Below the pieces are notes generated by a model. It was not told where the DNA came from. It made no database searches and saw nothing but the letters and a program-made list of their open reading frames with translations. From positions 25,730,001 to 25,794,000 of the forward strand of contig CM060733.1 of NCBI GenBank assembly GCA_030704615.1: DNA of 64,000 nucleotides, written 5' to 3'. Both the position numbers and the translations under genes were made by a program. Numbering within the stretch: position 1 is the stretch's first letter; each line of letters begins with the position of its first letter. Below are positions 35,901-49,395 of this stretch, piece after piece. Origin of the DNA: Takakia lepidozioides (taxonomy: Eukaryota > Plantae > Bryophyta).

Positions 35901-36810
35901 TGCCATGATTGCAGGATATGCCCAGCACGGGTTTGGTAAAAGAGCCCTAAGTTTATTCAAACAAATGCAACATGAAGGGCTCAAGCCAAATGGTATAACT
36001 TTTGTATGTATCCTGTCTGCATGTAGCCATGTGGGCCTTGTGGATGAAGGCAGACACTACTGGGATTCCCTTAGTCGAGATTATGGCCTCACTCCTACAA
36101 GGGAGCATTTTGGCTGCATGGTGGACCTTCTAGGCCGTGCAGGGCACTTGGAAGAAGCAGAGGACCTCATTCACAAAATGCCAACCGAACCAGATGCTGT
36201 GGTTTGGAAGGCCTTGCTTGGTGCCTGCAGAATTCATGGCAATGTGGAGTTGGCAGAACGTGCAGCAACATGGATTCTCAAGTGGGATCAACAGGACGCT
36301 GCAACTTATGTGCTGCTGTCCAACATCTATGCTGCAGCTGGCAGGTGGGACGATGCCGCAACAGTGCGAAAAATGATGAAGGTCAGAGGTGTGCAAAAGG
36401 AGCCAGGTCGCAGCTGCATTGAGGTCAACAACGAGGTGCATACATTCATTGTAGATGACAAAATGCATCCACAGATTGAGGAAATCCATGTTGTGCTGCA
36501 AAGACTGTCTGAGCAGATGAAGGAGGCTGGGTATGTGCCTGACACGCGTTTTGTATTGCTTGATGTGGAGAAGGAGCAAAAGGAATCTTCTCTCTGCCTC
36601 CATAGTGAAAAGCTGGCCATTGCTTTTGGGCTAATCAGTACACCCCCTGGGATGCCTCTCTGTGTCATCAAGAACCTTCGTGTATGTGGTGACTGCCACA
36701 CGGCCACCAAGTTTATCTCAAAGATTGTGAGGCGAGCAATTGTTGTACGGGATGCCAACCGCTTTCACCACTTCCAAGAAGGGGGATGTTCTTGTGAGGA
36801 TTACTGGTGA
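32906..36810 (+). CDS. PDF-motif/PLS-PPR/E/DYW RNA-editing factor (gene 5); exons 32906-33133 and 33889-36810, about 1049 aa
   Basis: Spliced junction SQWWDKRGSK|IHPRGPDFKHKNSNEAIWIGSYTKPAWVDGQL; six S1 motifs; intact DYW domain. The homologous ATG at 32773 is out of frame. Confidence 0.9.
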
Positions 36811-36902
36811 AACAAGCACTTGGAAGACCTGCAAGAAGGAAACTGTGCCACCAGACATGAGAGTGCAAAGGTGATTATTTATGCTTGTTTATAATTAGAG
36901 AA

Positions 36903-36962
36903 TGTACTCAAAAGACAACGTTTGCCATAGCCTTGTGGCCATAGACCCCCGCACCCAGTTTA
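36903..36962 (-). mobile_element. 60-bp extreme 3' end of the intronic LINE family
   Basis: rc aaactgggtgcgggggtctatggccacaaggctatggcaaacgttgtcttttgagtaca matches 11018-11075. Confidence 0.8.
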
Positions 36963-37399
36963 GACAGAACAAGATGTATTTACTCGGGGAGTGCAGTCAA
37001 AAGAAAACATTTGCATCATTTCATGCGACAGTTTTTCGGGCAGACCATGGTGATGCTGACAGTTCAAATGTGATTGGAGCAGCAACACCTTAGTTACAAA
37101 AAATCTTCTGAAATCCTTCCTGCAGAGAGCATTCTCCAAGGAAGGAGCAATAGGCATGAAGAATTTGTGAACTTCCGATGTTGAAGAATTGCTTGTCTTA
37201 GCAACATGAATGACTCGAGTTGACTGCTTTGATGTAGACTGTACTTGGTACATGGCAGGAAGCGGGACAAGTCTGCGGAGCAACTTACCTTATGTCGAAC
37301 TGACAGCATAGCCAGCAAGTATTGGGAGTGACAAAAGCCAAGTCACAATTGCAGGCCCAATATTGGGGGATTTCAAACAACTATTTCCTGGAACAATTG

Positions 37400-37575
37400 C
37401 CTCCATACTGAGAAGCTGGCCATTGCTTTTCAGCTGATCAGACCAGGACCCCTCTAACTTGTGGTGTGTTGCTGACTACCCCAGGGCCACCAAGTTCATC
37501 CACAAGACTTTGGCGAGCTATCGTTGCCAACTGTGCAGTCACCACTTCATTGTTCTTGTGGGCAGTACCTATTAG
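37400..37575 (+). pseudogene. Decayed DYW domain fragment
   Basis: LHTEKLAIAFQLI, ATKFIHK and CSCG remnants with indels. Confidence 0.8.
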
Positions 37576-38319
37576 GAGGCAAGAGTGAATTTGAAAGAGA
37601 GGAATTGTGTTGTTGAAGTTCAAACCTCACTTTTGTCAGTGGTCCATGGTAATGGGCAAAAATATGCCCGGTTGCTCTGTCGAAGGGACTAAGATGAATC
37701 CAGTTGTGACGATGTCATCAAAGTCAACCGGTAGCACATAATGGTGCAAGCTTGGAAAATATTGTTAGGTGAACAGTGAACGAGCTTACTCATCAGTGGC
37801 CCTGCGTCCCTTATCTGCCAACTGTTGAGCTTGGATAAGTGCGTTTCTGTACTGTGAGTCACAAAGTTTGTCTCCAGGAGCAGGCATGGCAGCTCCTACA
37901 GTAAACATATCATCCTCAACATACCCAGGCGTCAACGGGCTTCATCCTCAAGCTTCCCCGAGAAATGGTTGCTTGCAAGCTTGAATCTGTGCTGAGAGCT
38001 TCAGGAGGTGTGGCTTGTCAATTAAATCCACTCTCAAGAGTTTTTCCTGCAGTTGTGGGGATGTGAGTATTACTATGGAAGGCATGAAGCACAATCTGAA
38101 CCGAGGTATTTCAGTCGGAACACTCAGGCCAGAAAATCGTGAAACTGTTCCAAATTTGTGCCAGGCACAAATACTACACTGACTTGTTTGCCATCTGGGA
38201 AAAACAGGATATTTCAAACATTCTAGGACTGTCCAGAGATGTTATGGTGAAAATGAAAATGTGCTCAAGCCAGAAAATTGTGGAACTGTTTCAATTTCCA
38301 GGGGCATAATAGAGACTCT

Positions 38320-40816
38320 TGTAATGTAACCCGGGTCTCTCATATAACCCTGGTTAGTCCATTTTATAGTTAGCCAAATTTGGACTTAAGTCAAATTTCG
38401 AGACCAAGTGTGAGTTACACCGGGTGGATTTACGCACATATGTCCTGTAACCCCATGTAACCCCAAGTGGAATTATCCACCACGGCTTGTAACCCAGTGG
38501 TAACCCCGACTGGAGTTTACACTCCTTTGGTTCCATGTCACTCTCAAGAGAGGGTGGGAAGATTTAACATGCCGAAATCGGCGTACCATCCTGTCAGAGG
38601 TTGCACATGTCCATTAAGTGTAGGGTAAAGAGCTTGAGCAAGGCCGTTCAACTGTTTAAGGCCTCTATAGAGTCTATAGGGGCCGTAAACAGGTGAAAAG
38701 CCCGCGCTCCAACTCTTTACCGAGCGTAAAAAACAATTTTAAATTTTTTGACGCTCCTCTCCATCTTTCCGCTTAGGCTTATCTTTCTCCTCCGTGCTTC
38801 TCGGTTTCTGTGCACGCTTGGTGGTGATTTGATTTTGCTGTCTGGTTTCGTGTTGTTGTTTCGATTGGTTGTTCTTCATTCTGGTTTTGTGCGGTGGAGA
38901 ACGACGAATTTCAGTAGAATAAAAAGAACTGTAGCGCATCAATTTCGAATGTTACTACAATCTCCATTTCTGTCGCAGATCCAGTTATTTTAGATTCGCA
39001 GACTGTGGAGACTGTGGGATCGCACTAGGCTGTGACGCAACTAGTTTTGAATGCATCCGAATTGATTGAAGAGCCGTTACCTGCATTCACGATGAGTTTG
39101 GTTTTGTTCCAAATTTGGATTCTGAGGAACCTACTTTCGCTCATGATCGATTCGATGATCATCAAGACTTATACAGCTAGTTCTCGTTTCGAAACCAACA
39201 ATTTGCTTGAGCATAAAAGGGCGTTGATTTTGCGGTTCACTCGAGGGACGTCGAAAAGCTGGAAGCTCGATGTTACCAGGTGTTCCGTTGGTCAATTACA
39301 GGCCACCTATGGATTGTCACGTTCCAGACGTGATTAATACCTTCAAAATTCTCATGTCAAAGCGTCCAATCTGGAAATCTAAAGATAAAAGGCCTCATCC
39401 CATGTTCTTGAATCCAAGGAATAAATTCAAATTTAGAGACGCAGTGTGGTTCGGCAAAGGTCTAGTGGGAGTGAATACTTTGAGGAATTACTCTAAGAAT
39501 ATGGTTGCAGATATTCCGGAGCTGAAACACAAGCGAATCACTAATAAAACGGGACGCAATACAGGGATCACTCGGCTGGAAGAGGCGATTACGCCAATTG
39601 AATTCGGAATGGAATTATCTGGGCACAGGGATCCTAAGTCCTACACAAAGTACGTATTCAATTGTGTTTACTCCTGCTTTATATTACGATTTGTGTGCTC
39701 TTTCTTCTAACCCGGTTTCTGTGTGATTGCTTTCAGGTATAATAGGAGCGACAAGCAATTACGGGACCTTGCTATGCAGCGTGTAATCGCTGGCGAAATT
39801 TGCAGTGGTAAATTGATCAAGTTCGACGAGGCTTTTGCTGATGAACTGACTCGCAATCAGGAGATTGAAGCGAAGGATATTGAATTGATCCGATCAGCTC
39901 ATGCTCCCCTTGAGCAAATCGGTTACAAGGAGGATGTGGTTCCTATGGTACCTGTTCAGACTTCTCTCGCGATTGTTCCTTCTAATTCGAAGAACAATGG
40001 ATTGTTCCTTCTCATTCGAAGAACACATAGATAGTTTATGAGGACCATGATATGTTTACTGCCGATGATGCATTCTGGGGTAGTGACACCGGCTATAAAT
40101 TACTTGAGGAGCAAGTTAAACTATATAAGGCGGAGTTGAAGTTTCTGAAATCAGGATTACGTGACCACGCCGGATCAACTTCAGCAGCACCTGTTTCGAA
40201 TTCTAGACACACCTTCAGCAACATCACTAATTGTCCTATAACGATTGTCAACATTTGTGATCCTTCTGCCAGTGCAAAGTTTATCAGTGACCACATGAGT
40301 CTTCCGGGAAAAATTCCTGCTCAGGACGAGAACAATCCATCGAAGTGATGGTCCTTCATCGAAGTTGTGTAGATCGTAGTATACATTTTACTTGTAGATA
40401 ATTCTTTCACGATTGAACGATTCAGCATTCACTATGTGTTCTCACGCAATTCCATCAATACAAGCTCCGACCAAGTTTGCATTGAACTGTGTCCATTGAA
40501 TTGTGCCTGTGTTCATGTGTGCACTCGGAAATCTGTTTGTTCGACATATGCACTCAAAAGAATTCAGAAAGAAACTAGAAAGAAATCAGAAAGATGTCCA
40601 CGCTTTGTGGTAAATTACGCAGTAAAAATTGCAGTAGAATTTGCTGCTCACTGGACTAGTGGTGCCCGTAAGCAACTTCCAGGCTGGCGCGGGCGTTATG
40701 TTGTGTAACGCACCCGGCCTGCTTACTCGTTAGATTACACCCTATAAGGCCACGCAAAATACACTGACAAAATTTGAAGCGTTTTTTACGTTCGTACATT
40801 ATTCCTATTATCTTCC
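38320..40816. mobile_element. One end of a second copy of the MULE family, with its TIR split by an insertion
   Basis: 38500-38619 is the reverse complement of about 16777-16895. The TIR resumes at 40790-40816 (gttcgtacattattcctattatcttcc). The other end was not found. Confidence 0.75.
38620..40789 (+). mobile_element. Crypton-like element encoding a DUF3504-type tyrosine recombinase (disrupted)
   Basis: FKILMSKRP...WFGKGLVGVNTL...ITNKTGRNTGITRL...MELSGHRDPKSYTK|YNRSD with a GT-AG intron at 39650-39736. Boundaries are defined by the interrupted host TIR. Confidence 0.75.
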
Positions 40817-41160
40817 GCACAATACTGCCATCCGGAAAAAAAAACTTAAAAAGACAAATAAAAATTGTGAATTGAATTTCGCTAATGAAACTATTTCTGA
40901 TTTTCATTTTCATTTTTTTGTTTGGCCAACGAAACTACATTGAGATACTGAAATAGATGACATATATTTGAGTGATCCTGATCATTAGGTGGTGAAATGT
41001 TGTAGTTTGTGACATTCTAATATTAAGTGTTGTTTGATTTTTAAACATTTGTTTTTTATGGTATGCCTCTATTTGACACTACTAGGGTTTTAGATTTTTC
41101 CTTCCAATAATTGCAAGTGAACTTCTCTATCAGTTTAAGAATGTAAAATTATAGTACATT

Positions 41161-41385
41161 GGCTGGTAGCTCAGCTGGTAAGTACACAGTATGTCGCCTT
41201 GGTGGCTCGGGGCTCAAACCCGTTGCCATGCCCGGTGTGCGGGATTGTTCGTGATGTATGTTTGGGCGTTGTTTGTCGTGTAGGTCTGGCCCATAAAATG
41301 AAAGGGGGTTAATTTTTCCCCCTCCTCATCAAGGGCCTGAATTGTGGGCTGTCGCTCCCAGGTTTCCTTTTTGAATATATATATA
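41161..41385 (+). mobile_element. tRNA-derived SINE
   Basis: A-box tagctcagctgg, B-box-like ggctcaaacc, family 3' end gggcctgaattgtgggctgtcgctcccagg, AT-rich tail. Confidence 0.7.
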
Positions 41386-42086
41386 AACACGTTCATAATA
41401 CATCATGTAAGTGATCTTATTGATGGACAAGTATCCGGTCCATTTATGATTTGTAAATCCGTTTTCAAAAACATTATCCTTACTAGGGCTGAGTCCCGTT
41501 GCTAGGCACTACCACCGACGAACTATTCAATGATCGTCATGTGTATTTTAGAACGGTATAAATGTCGAATTTGTTATACAGTTCCTAATGTGGGATCTGT
41601 TTTTTATGTGATATGTTGTAGAGTTTAGGATTGCTTCCAAATGCAAAATCCGGAAAATTGCGAGATGTAGCTCCGCATGTTGCGGTGAGGGGAGAGAAGC
41701 AACGGTAACTCAAGCTCGTCGAGCGATCAGCAATATGCGAGACAAAGCCACTTTCCTTCTTGTGTAACTGTCACCGTCTTCGTTGTCTCTTCTACTTGCA
41801 ATCCTTTACTCAGGCTCATCAAAGCAGGAAGCCCTCTGATGAACGGAGCTCCAGAATTTTTCAACTACAAATCAATCTTCATCAAGCTTATCTAAACACA
41901 AACACGTATCCATCTACCTTCATCCTGATGCTTTTTTCGAGAAAATCTTTCGCTTCAATGCGCATCCATTCTCACAGTGCCGATATTCTCTTTATCAGTC
42001 GAAGATGGGTCCTAATTTTCAGTTCAAGGGGGCGCGCAGCAATCCCAGGAGCAGACCCAATCGCTCAAGCATCACCTGCCTGACAT

Positions 42087-45000
42087 TTGAGGCAATCGGG
42101 TGATGCCTTCTTCCTGGCCCACCAAGCTCAAGCAACAGGTCAAATGGACAACGTCCGTGCCTTAGCCATTGGAGTGGTGTCTTCAGGTCCAATGGACAAC
42201 GACAATGTCAATGCCTTGGCCACTGCTGCAGTGTCTTCAGCTGACCGATCAGTCCCCCCACCTCACACTGCCTCCAGTATGCCCATCGAGTCAGAGGAAG
42301 TATTGTCTGAGGATGGCAATATTGAAGAATCGTAGGCAGAAATGGAAGAAGTGGCGCTCTCGATAGCCATTGATTTTTTATTCCCTTTGTGACAAGGTCT
42401 CTGGATGTCAGGAACGAGGTATTCTCCTGCATTTTCCAGGGAAGAAGCAGAACAGAACAGATGTAAGGGACTGGGTGACCTCACACCTTGGAGGATCGGG
42501 TGATCTACAGCAACATTTTTGTCATCCGAAATGTCGTGGTTTTTTTTTCCATAATGTTTGAAACAAAAGCAGCAGCAGATCATGCCTTGGCATTCAACCC
42601 CCACAAACTGGGGTTCAATGTTAACATTTTTCCATGGTCTCGTCAGATGGGTAACATGAATGGGAAAATTTGGGCCCCAAGGATCGTTAATGTTTGTGGA
42701 ATCCCAGATCAATACCTATATTTCCTCCCAAACATTGGGAACTCCTTTGGTTACTACCTGGGTTGTCTGGCTGTTTTTGACCCTGAGATGTGTCTAGACA
42801 ACTTGAGAAAAGAACAAGCATGGAAAGGCGTCACAATTGCTTCCAAAATGAAGGAGAATGGATTGCCCAAAATTGTGATTATGATGCCCAATGCGGGCAA
42901 AATCCCAAGCTACATCAAGCTGCCCATAGACAACAATGGAAACTTCTTCTCAATCAAACTAATGGAAGACTCGCCTGGTACAGGTTGTTTCAACTGTGGA
43001 AAGCAGGGTCATATGAAAGCAAACTGTCCAACTGGAAAGAGAAAACGCCACTCTCCAGTCCAATTGGCCTCTACTTCACGTCTGGCAACCTCTGCTCCGC
43101 TGATTGAAACCTCTCACAGGAATCAAATAACACCAGCAAATGGCATCTACACCAACGGGTCCAAAGCGCCTCTGGGGAATGCCTCTTCTAAGGAGAAAGT
43201 CCCCTCAGTCAAGGCCTAGTCAGGATCAGGCAGCTGCTTTAAAACAAACTACACCTGGTATCTATGGCGATAGCCCTGGCTGGCCCCTATATGGGATTCC
43301 ATCATCATCAACAGCACCAACTGCCAAAAAACACCGCAGACCAAATGACCCAATGGAGCTGGAAAATGACATCTCCAGATCTTTAGTGAACACCAGGTCC
43401 CCCCTCCAGTATATCCATGGCGGTGAGGAGATGTCAGCTGGCATTCTCTGGTCACCAATACTGGAGTTACAGCAGAATTCAGTGATCTTGGAGGCCCCAC
43501 CAGATCAGTCATCCCCACAACATGGGCCAATCGTCACATCCACAACAGTTCTTGTTGATTCTGAAGATACCCCAGCAACACCCGCAATGTCACATCCAAA
43601 TCACAAAACCACTGGGCTCCCTTCCAACTCCAAGGCCCCTATGAGATCAATTGACTTTCAAAATCCAGATGCAAACATAGGAATTTCACTTAACCCTATA
43701 ATTGCTAATATATGCTTGAGGTTGCGGACCTTCCCCACTCTCTCTCTCCGTGGATGCACTCAGCTGGTCTCTTCAAAGGAACCCCAAGCCACTTGCATTA
43801 CCCCGCTAATATTCTGCAACAAGGATGTACCGAGAATTCTGATCACATCCCCTGACAGAGAGGGGATGGAATCTCTGTGGATCACAACAATGGACATTCG
43901 AAAATTCGTCATCAAAGAGCCCATAGACGATAGCCCTATCCCTACTCTCTGAAGAAAAATTGAGGAATACTTTCATATACATCTCCCACAGTTTTCACTT
44001 TCAAGCTCAGTTCCAATCTTGTGAGGGCTTCCTACAATGAGGCATACCCTGGCCTGAGTGACGGCCCCTCCACACAGGTTCTGGCCCTCATAAATGTGGA
44101 GCACCTATGCTCTAATCTGCCCCCCCTCTGCGACATCTGGGTCCGTGCGAAGAGTAGTTCGGATCCCTGGTGCACACAACAGGCTCAGTTTCGAACAAAG
44201 GATGCGCTTCACAATGGTTTTGTAATGTTCGCTGCTTTGCTAGAGGTGGAGGCAGACATGCAATCCACCAAGCAGGGAATCACGGCCAGTCTCTCGGAGG
44301 ACTCGGTGGAATCGGCCCAAGCACCCCTGATGGCGGTCAAATCAAGGGGGAGGCGGGAAGCTGCCAAGGGAAATGCTAGGCTCAATCACACATCACCTAT
44401 CCTCAAGCTGCCTTTTCTCCCAGCACAACCAGCCAACATGGAGGCTCAGGTACTCCCCAATCCACTCATTGTATTCATTTTCTCTAGGAAAGCTACAGAT
44501 TTGCAGAGATGCATGGTGCTATGCCGGAAGCATGTCAACAAAAAAAGGGAGGAAAACCAAAACCCTGCCATCACTCTGGTGGAGTCCCCAAACTATGCAC
44601 GTACCTCCAAATCTGAACCAAGCAACTCAGCCACTGTCAAACCTTCGGACAAAAACAATAGTAGCCTCCATTGGCCTAGTTGCGGAGCCAACCTCCAATT
44701 TGGCTCCAGCAGAATTTTCTATGGCCTGCACAAAACAATTCAAACCTATACCTGAATCTTCCACCCATACCCTGGCAAGGGTGTTATTCATCCAGCTCCT
44801 GTCGCCCCATCGAAAGCTCCCAAAAAACCTAGTATGGGAATGTTCCTTACTTCCTTCGGACAGGAGAGCAAGATTCTCATTCTCTTCCTCAAGGCCATCA
44901 AATAAAAGCCCAACTCTTGGCCCATCCTTCCCCTTAAATGCTGGTTAAAATCCACTCTTGGAATATCAGAGGGATAGGATCTACTCAGTCCTCCCTCAAA

Positions 45001-48000
45001 AAGGCGAAACTTAAAACCTGGCTTTCCCCGTTGTTAAATCAAGAAACTATTATCTTCTTACAAGAACATAAACTTGACTTGGCCAAAATCTCATCTTTGG
45101 GGGATCAACTCTGGCCCGCAGCCCATAGCTTTTGGAAACCAACCATAGAAGGATCAAGAGGAGGAACATCGATCTTTCTTTCACCCTCAATAGCTACCCT
45201 GATTCAAAAAGAAGAGATGTGGTTCCAAGGCAGAGCTCAATTCATCTCAATCATCCTTCCCAATGCCGCGGGAACAATAGGCATTGTCAATTTGTACGCC
45301 CCTAACTCATCAGCCGAGAGGGAGGCTTTCTGGGAAAACCTACACACAAAAATGGAGTCCGAGCTCTCTGTTGAGCAATGGTTACTGATGGGTGACCTCA
45401 ACATGGTTGAGTGTGTACAAGACAGGCTGGGGGCTGCTGCCCAAGGTCTGGGTGATGGTGAGGCCACATCATGCCAACAACGAATTAGAAACAACTTCTC
45501 TCTGTCTGAACCGTCCAAAGCCAGAACCACCGGCAGCCATCCGTGTTTTACATGGACAAACAACAGGGCAGGTGTTGATATCTGTATGGCAAGGCTTGAC
45601 AGGCTCTACATCTCGCCAAGGCTATCCCCCTGGGCAGAAATGCTTCCTCAAGAGCCTATTTTCCAAGAGTTTGACCATGCATGCATTTCCTGTCAAATCA
45701 ATCTCCCAAACCTGCCAAAAAGAGGGAAATGATGGTTCAGACTTAATACATCCCTGCTGCCACATCCAGCCTTTAAACTAGCACTTGAATCGGCATGGGC
45801 CTCCACAGCCAATGAAGTTCTTTGCCCTATTGAGCGGTTTCAAGCCGAACTCAAACAGACAACCATCACTGCTCAAACCCTCAGTTCCCAAATAGCCATA
45901 TAGAGACAGCGCAAAGTACTTGCTCTCAAGAAATGTCTCGGAACATGCCAAAGGGTCCTGGAACTTGGGAAACTGGATACATCATCGCTGCAAACATATC
46001 ATGAAGCCAGGCGGAACCTTGAAGCCTTCGACTCTATAAGGGAGCAAAAGTATAAATTGCAGGCAGGTATCAACTAGGCTTCAAAGGGGGAAAAAATGTC
46101 GAAATATTTCTTCGAGAAAGTTCAAGTTCGTAGAACCACCCAGATTATCTCAGAGCTGCAAGACCCATTGGGTCACTCTTCCTCAGATCCCAAACAAATG
46201 GTTTCAACGGCGCACTCACACTTTGCAGGGCTCTTCAAACAAAGACCGGACTCGCAAAGCATTACTGTGGCCAGGGAAATATGCCTGCGCAATCATCAAA
46301 CCAAGCTCACCCAATCAAGCGCAGCCTCTCTGGATGGAGAATTCACTGAAACTGAGCTCTCGAAAGCCTTGAAACTTATGTCCAAACGAAAATCTCCGGG
46401 CATAGATGGTATGTTTGTGGAATTTTACAGCACCCTCTGGCAGGTATTATCCAAGGACTTCTGTGCAATGGCAAATGAGATCAAAAGAAAATGATCCATG
46501 CCAATACAAATGGGTCAGGGAATTATTACTCTTCTCTTCAAAAAAAGAGATAGAAAGCAGATCTCAAACTATAGGCCCATAACATTGCTCAATGTTTCAT
46601 ACAAGATCATTGCAAAGGCATTAGCCCTTCGTCTACAGCCTCTCCTTCCAACCATCATTAGGCCTGGTCAAATTGGGTTTGTCAAGGGAAGATATATCCT
46701 TGACAATATTCTGTTGGCACAAGAGACCCAGCTTGAACGGCCAATGTTGTTTGCGACTCTCAAACGACTTTTGTCGCTGGGTCGAAATACTCCTCCTCAC
46801 GCATCCAGTAGGGTTTCAGTGAATGGATTCATCTCTAAAAAAATTGACCTCCAAAGATCAGTTCGTCAGGGATGCCCACTGGCCCCATTGCTCTTCCTCA
46901 TAGTGGCAGACTCTCTAGGATATCTCTTGGACAGCAACCCAAATATAACTGGGCTCCAAATCAAAACCCAAGCCAACAATGGCATCCAGATCAAAGACTC
47001 AATGTTTGTAGATGACATGGTTTTATACCTTCAGGCCACGGATGCCAACCTGCAGGAGGCAACTGAATCTCTCGCTGCCTTTTGTGAAGCCTCTGGTTTT
47101 AAAGTTAATTGGACAAAAACAGTTGCCATCCTTGCTGGAGACACAGCCACCATTCCTGCTGGGTTCAGCTTTAATTGGGGAGGGAATCTGGGTCTCAAAT
47201 GGCTGCAACAAGGGGATGTTACTACCCTGCTTGGGCACCCATTTGGGATTAACCTTTCGGACAACCAGAGGTGGGGCCATGTCATAGTCAAGCTAAAAAA
47301 GAAGCTAGTTTACTGGGGTTCCCGTCATCTTTCAATTACTGGAAGGGCTCTTGTAGCCAACCAGATTCTTCTGGCCAACATATGGTATTTTGCTTCGGTC
47401 TAGAGTCCCTCAGCTCCACAGATCAAACAGATCCAAAAAACCATCAAAACTTCATATGGGGCGCAGATTCAGATGTCAAAAGCCCTAGACCAGTTGTCTC
47501 TTGGGCTCAGATTTGCCTGCCAAAAAAGAAAGGTGGCTTGGGGATCATTGATCCAGGAACCCAAATATCAGCACTCTTGGGTAAATGGATAGTAAGGCTA
47601 TTAGGGCCTGAAGGTGGATGGTGGAAGCATCTTGTTTATCAGCACATTCTCAAAAGTTCCCCCCTCAAAACCAAAATATGGAGCCCATCTCTCTAATGGA
47701 TCACACAGGGTTTTAGACACAAATCTTATGGTTCCCCTTTATGGAGAGCCATATGGGATGTCTGGAGAACCATTCGGCCCAGGTTGGTTAAAGAGGACCC
47801 AAAATCATATGAGGAAACCATGCGCCAATCCCTTACCCTCAATTGCAACAACCCTTCCGCTGCAGATAGAGCCTCTGCTGCAAAATTCTCTGCCTGGGAT
47901 AATTTAAACATAGCCCAAATCAAAGACATTTGGGGCGGTCGAGATTTTTTACCTTTGGACCAAATAATTCCAATAGTTGGTCCTCAAAGAGGGACGTCAG

Positions 48001-49144
48001 GCTACCACCAATTGATTCAAAATATTCCTGACAGCTGGATTCAAACTCTCTCGGCAGGTCCTCAGCAAGTTCGCCCTGGTTGCTGGGTCACCTGCTCAGC
48101 AGCCCTTCATCAAGTTATATACATCACTGAAGCACGGCCCATCCACTTTAAGGGTATAGTTCTAAACAAAATTGAGCTATCAAACTTTCTAGTGGCGGAA
48201 TCATTGAATCCAGTGACTATCTCTGCTGGGCAGTTCACTCCAGTTCGTATCTGTCAGTGGTCTTCTCCTGAAAGAGAAATGAACCCGTCTGTTCCAAAGG
48301 ATCAACCCCTAAATGATTTGCTCTCATCTCAACTATTTCTCTGGGTGGAGGGAGCGGGTCATGGTGGACCCAAAGGAATGGTCTTGGAATTTTGGAGCTT
48401 CATGTCCTTCGTTCTTCAACTATTCAGCCAAGGCAACATATCGTTCGCTGCTAAAGCCTCAGCAATTTCAGGATAAATGGGCCTCCAAATGGGTTGGCTA
48501 TAGCTTAAATCTGGCTAGATGGAACCTCATATGGGCTAACATTTGGAACAAGGTCAGGCCTGCCAAAGTGGCAACCTTTCTGTGGCAGGATGCAAATAGG
48601 GTTCTGAAAGTAGGTTCGTGGCTGGCATTCTCAGAGGCGTTAATATGCAAATGCTGCAGCATAGGGATGACAGAATCTCTGGAGCACTGTCTTCTCCGTT
48701 GCAGTATCCCATCAAAAACCTGGCCCCGCCTCACACTCATCATGCAGATATGGGAACCTAGGATACCCTCGGCAACCCACAAGCTTCTTAACTATGATGG
48801 AAACCTTCACAACATTCACAGTCATTGTCCAGTTTATGAGGCGATCAGATCTATCTCTCTATGGAACATCTGGAAAGTAAGATGTTTGTGGGTTTTAAAT
48901 AGAGAAAAGACTTGTCTCTCTGTGCTTTTATCTACAATATTCCATGAGGTGCAAATTGAGGGTAGAGGCAAAATTGATTGCAGACATCAGAAAGAATCCA
49001 GAGGTTGAATATCAACTCGTCGACAAATTCAAATGCTCATGGGGAAAAGATAACATCATATGCAACTGCTCTTCGTCGGCAATTTGTCTCTCGACCAGAG
49101 ACCCACCGGACTCCTGGCAAGGGGCAATCACTGTGCTACCATGA
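42087..49144 (+). mobile_element. Near full-length degenerate L1/Tx1-clade LINE
   Basis: ORF1 zinc knuckle CFNCGKQGHMKANC. ORF2 from 44938: APE (SWNIRG, LQE, GDLN, RLDR, DH), RT (RQGCPLAPLLF, FVDD), GGLGIID, zf-RVT (CKCC..ESLEHCLLRC). Many stops and frameshifts; 5' boundary approximate. Confidence 0.92.
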
Positions 49145-49149
49145 CTCAC

Positions 49150-49325
49150 CGGAGTTTTCTCAGACACATCGTGAGAAAGAATTTGGTTATCTTCTTAGAT
49201 GACTTTTGTTGCAATGGAAACGTGAAGGATCACGTTGCAGCATTACGAGAATGCTTCATCTTGTGCAGAGACAACGGAATATCGCTCAACCCGATGAAGT
49301 GTGTGTTTGCAGTCACTCATATGTA
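49150..49325 (+). mobile_element. Short Ty3/gypsy-type RT fragment
   Basis: VIFLDDFCC...HVAALRECF..CRDNGISLNPMKCVF matches the xxDD to LNxxKCxF segment of LTR-element RTs. Confidence 0.7.
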
Positions 49326-49346
49326 GCTCCCTCTCTATCCCGAGCA

Positions 49347-49359
49347 TTTATATATATAT

Positions 49360-49395
<36 letters not shown>

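Noticed and set aside
3026-36758. Many repeated antisense ORFs (e.g. 20208-21197, 329 aa) overlapping the PPR genes
   Set aside because: They are shadows of the 303-bp PPR periodicity and codon usage, with no independent motifs.
41161-41235. tRNA-like sequences here and at 58665-58736
   Set aside because: No complete cloverleaf, and both run into a shared repeat tail, so they are called SINE heads rather than tRNA genes.
43140-44948. ORFs of 190-270 aa between L1 ORF1 and ORF2 as separate genes
   Set aside because: Low-complexity Pro/Ser-rich sequence, best explained as a broken L1 ORF1 C-terminus.
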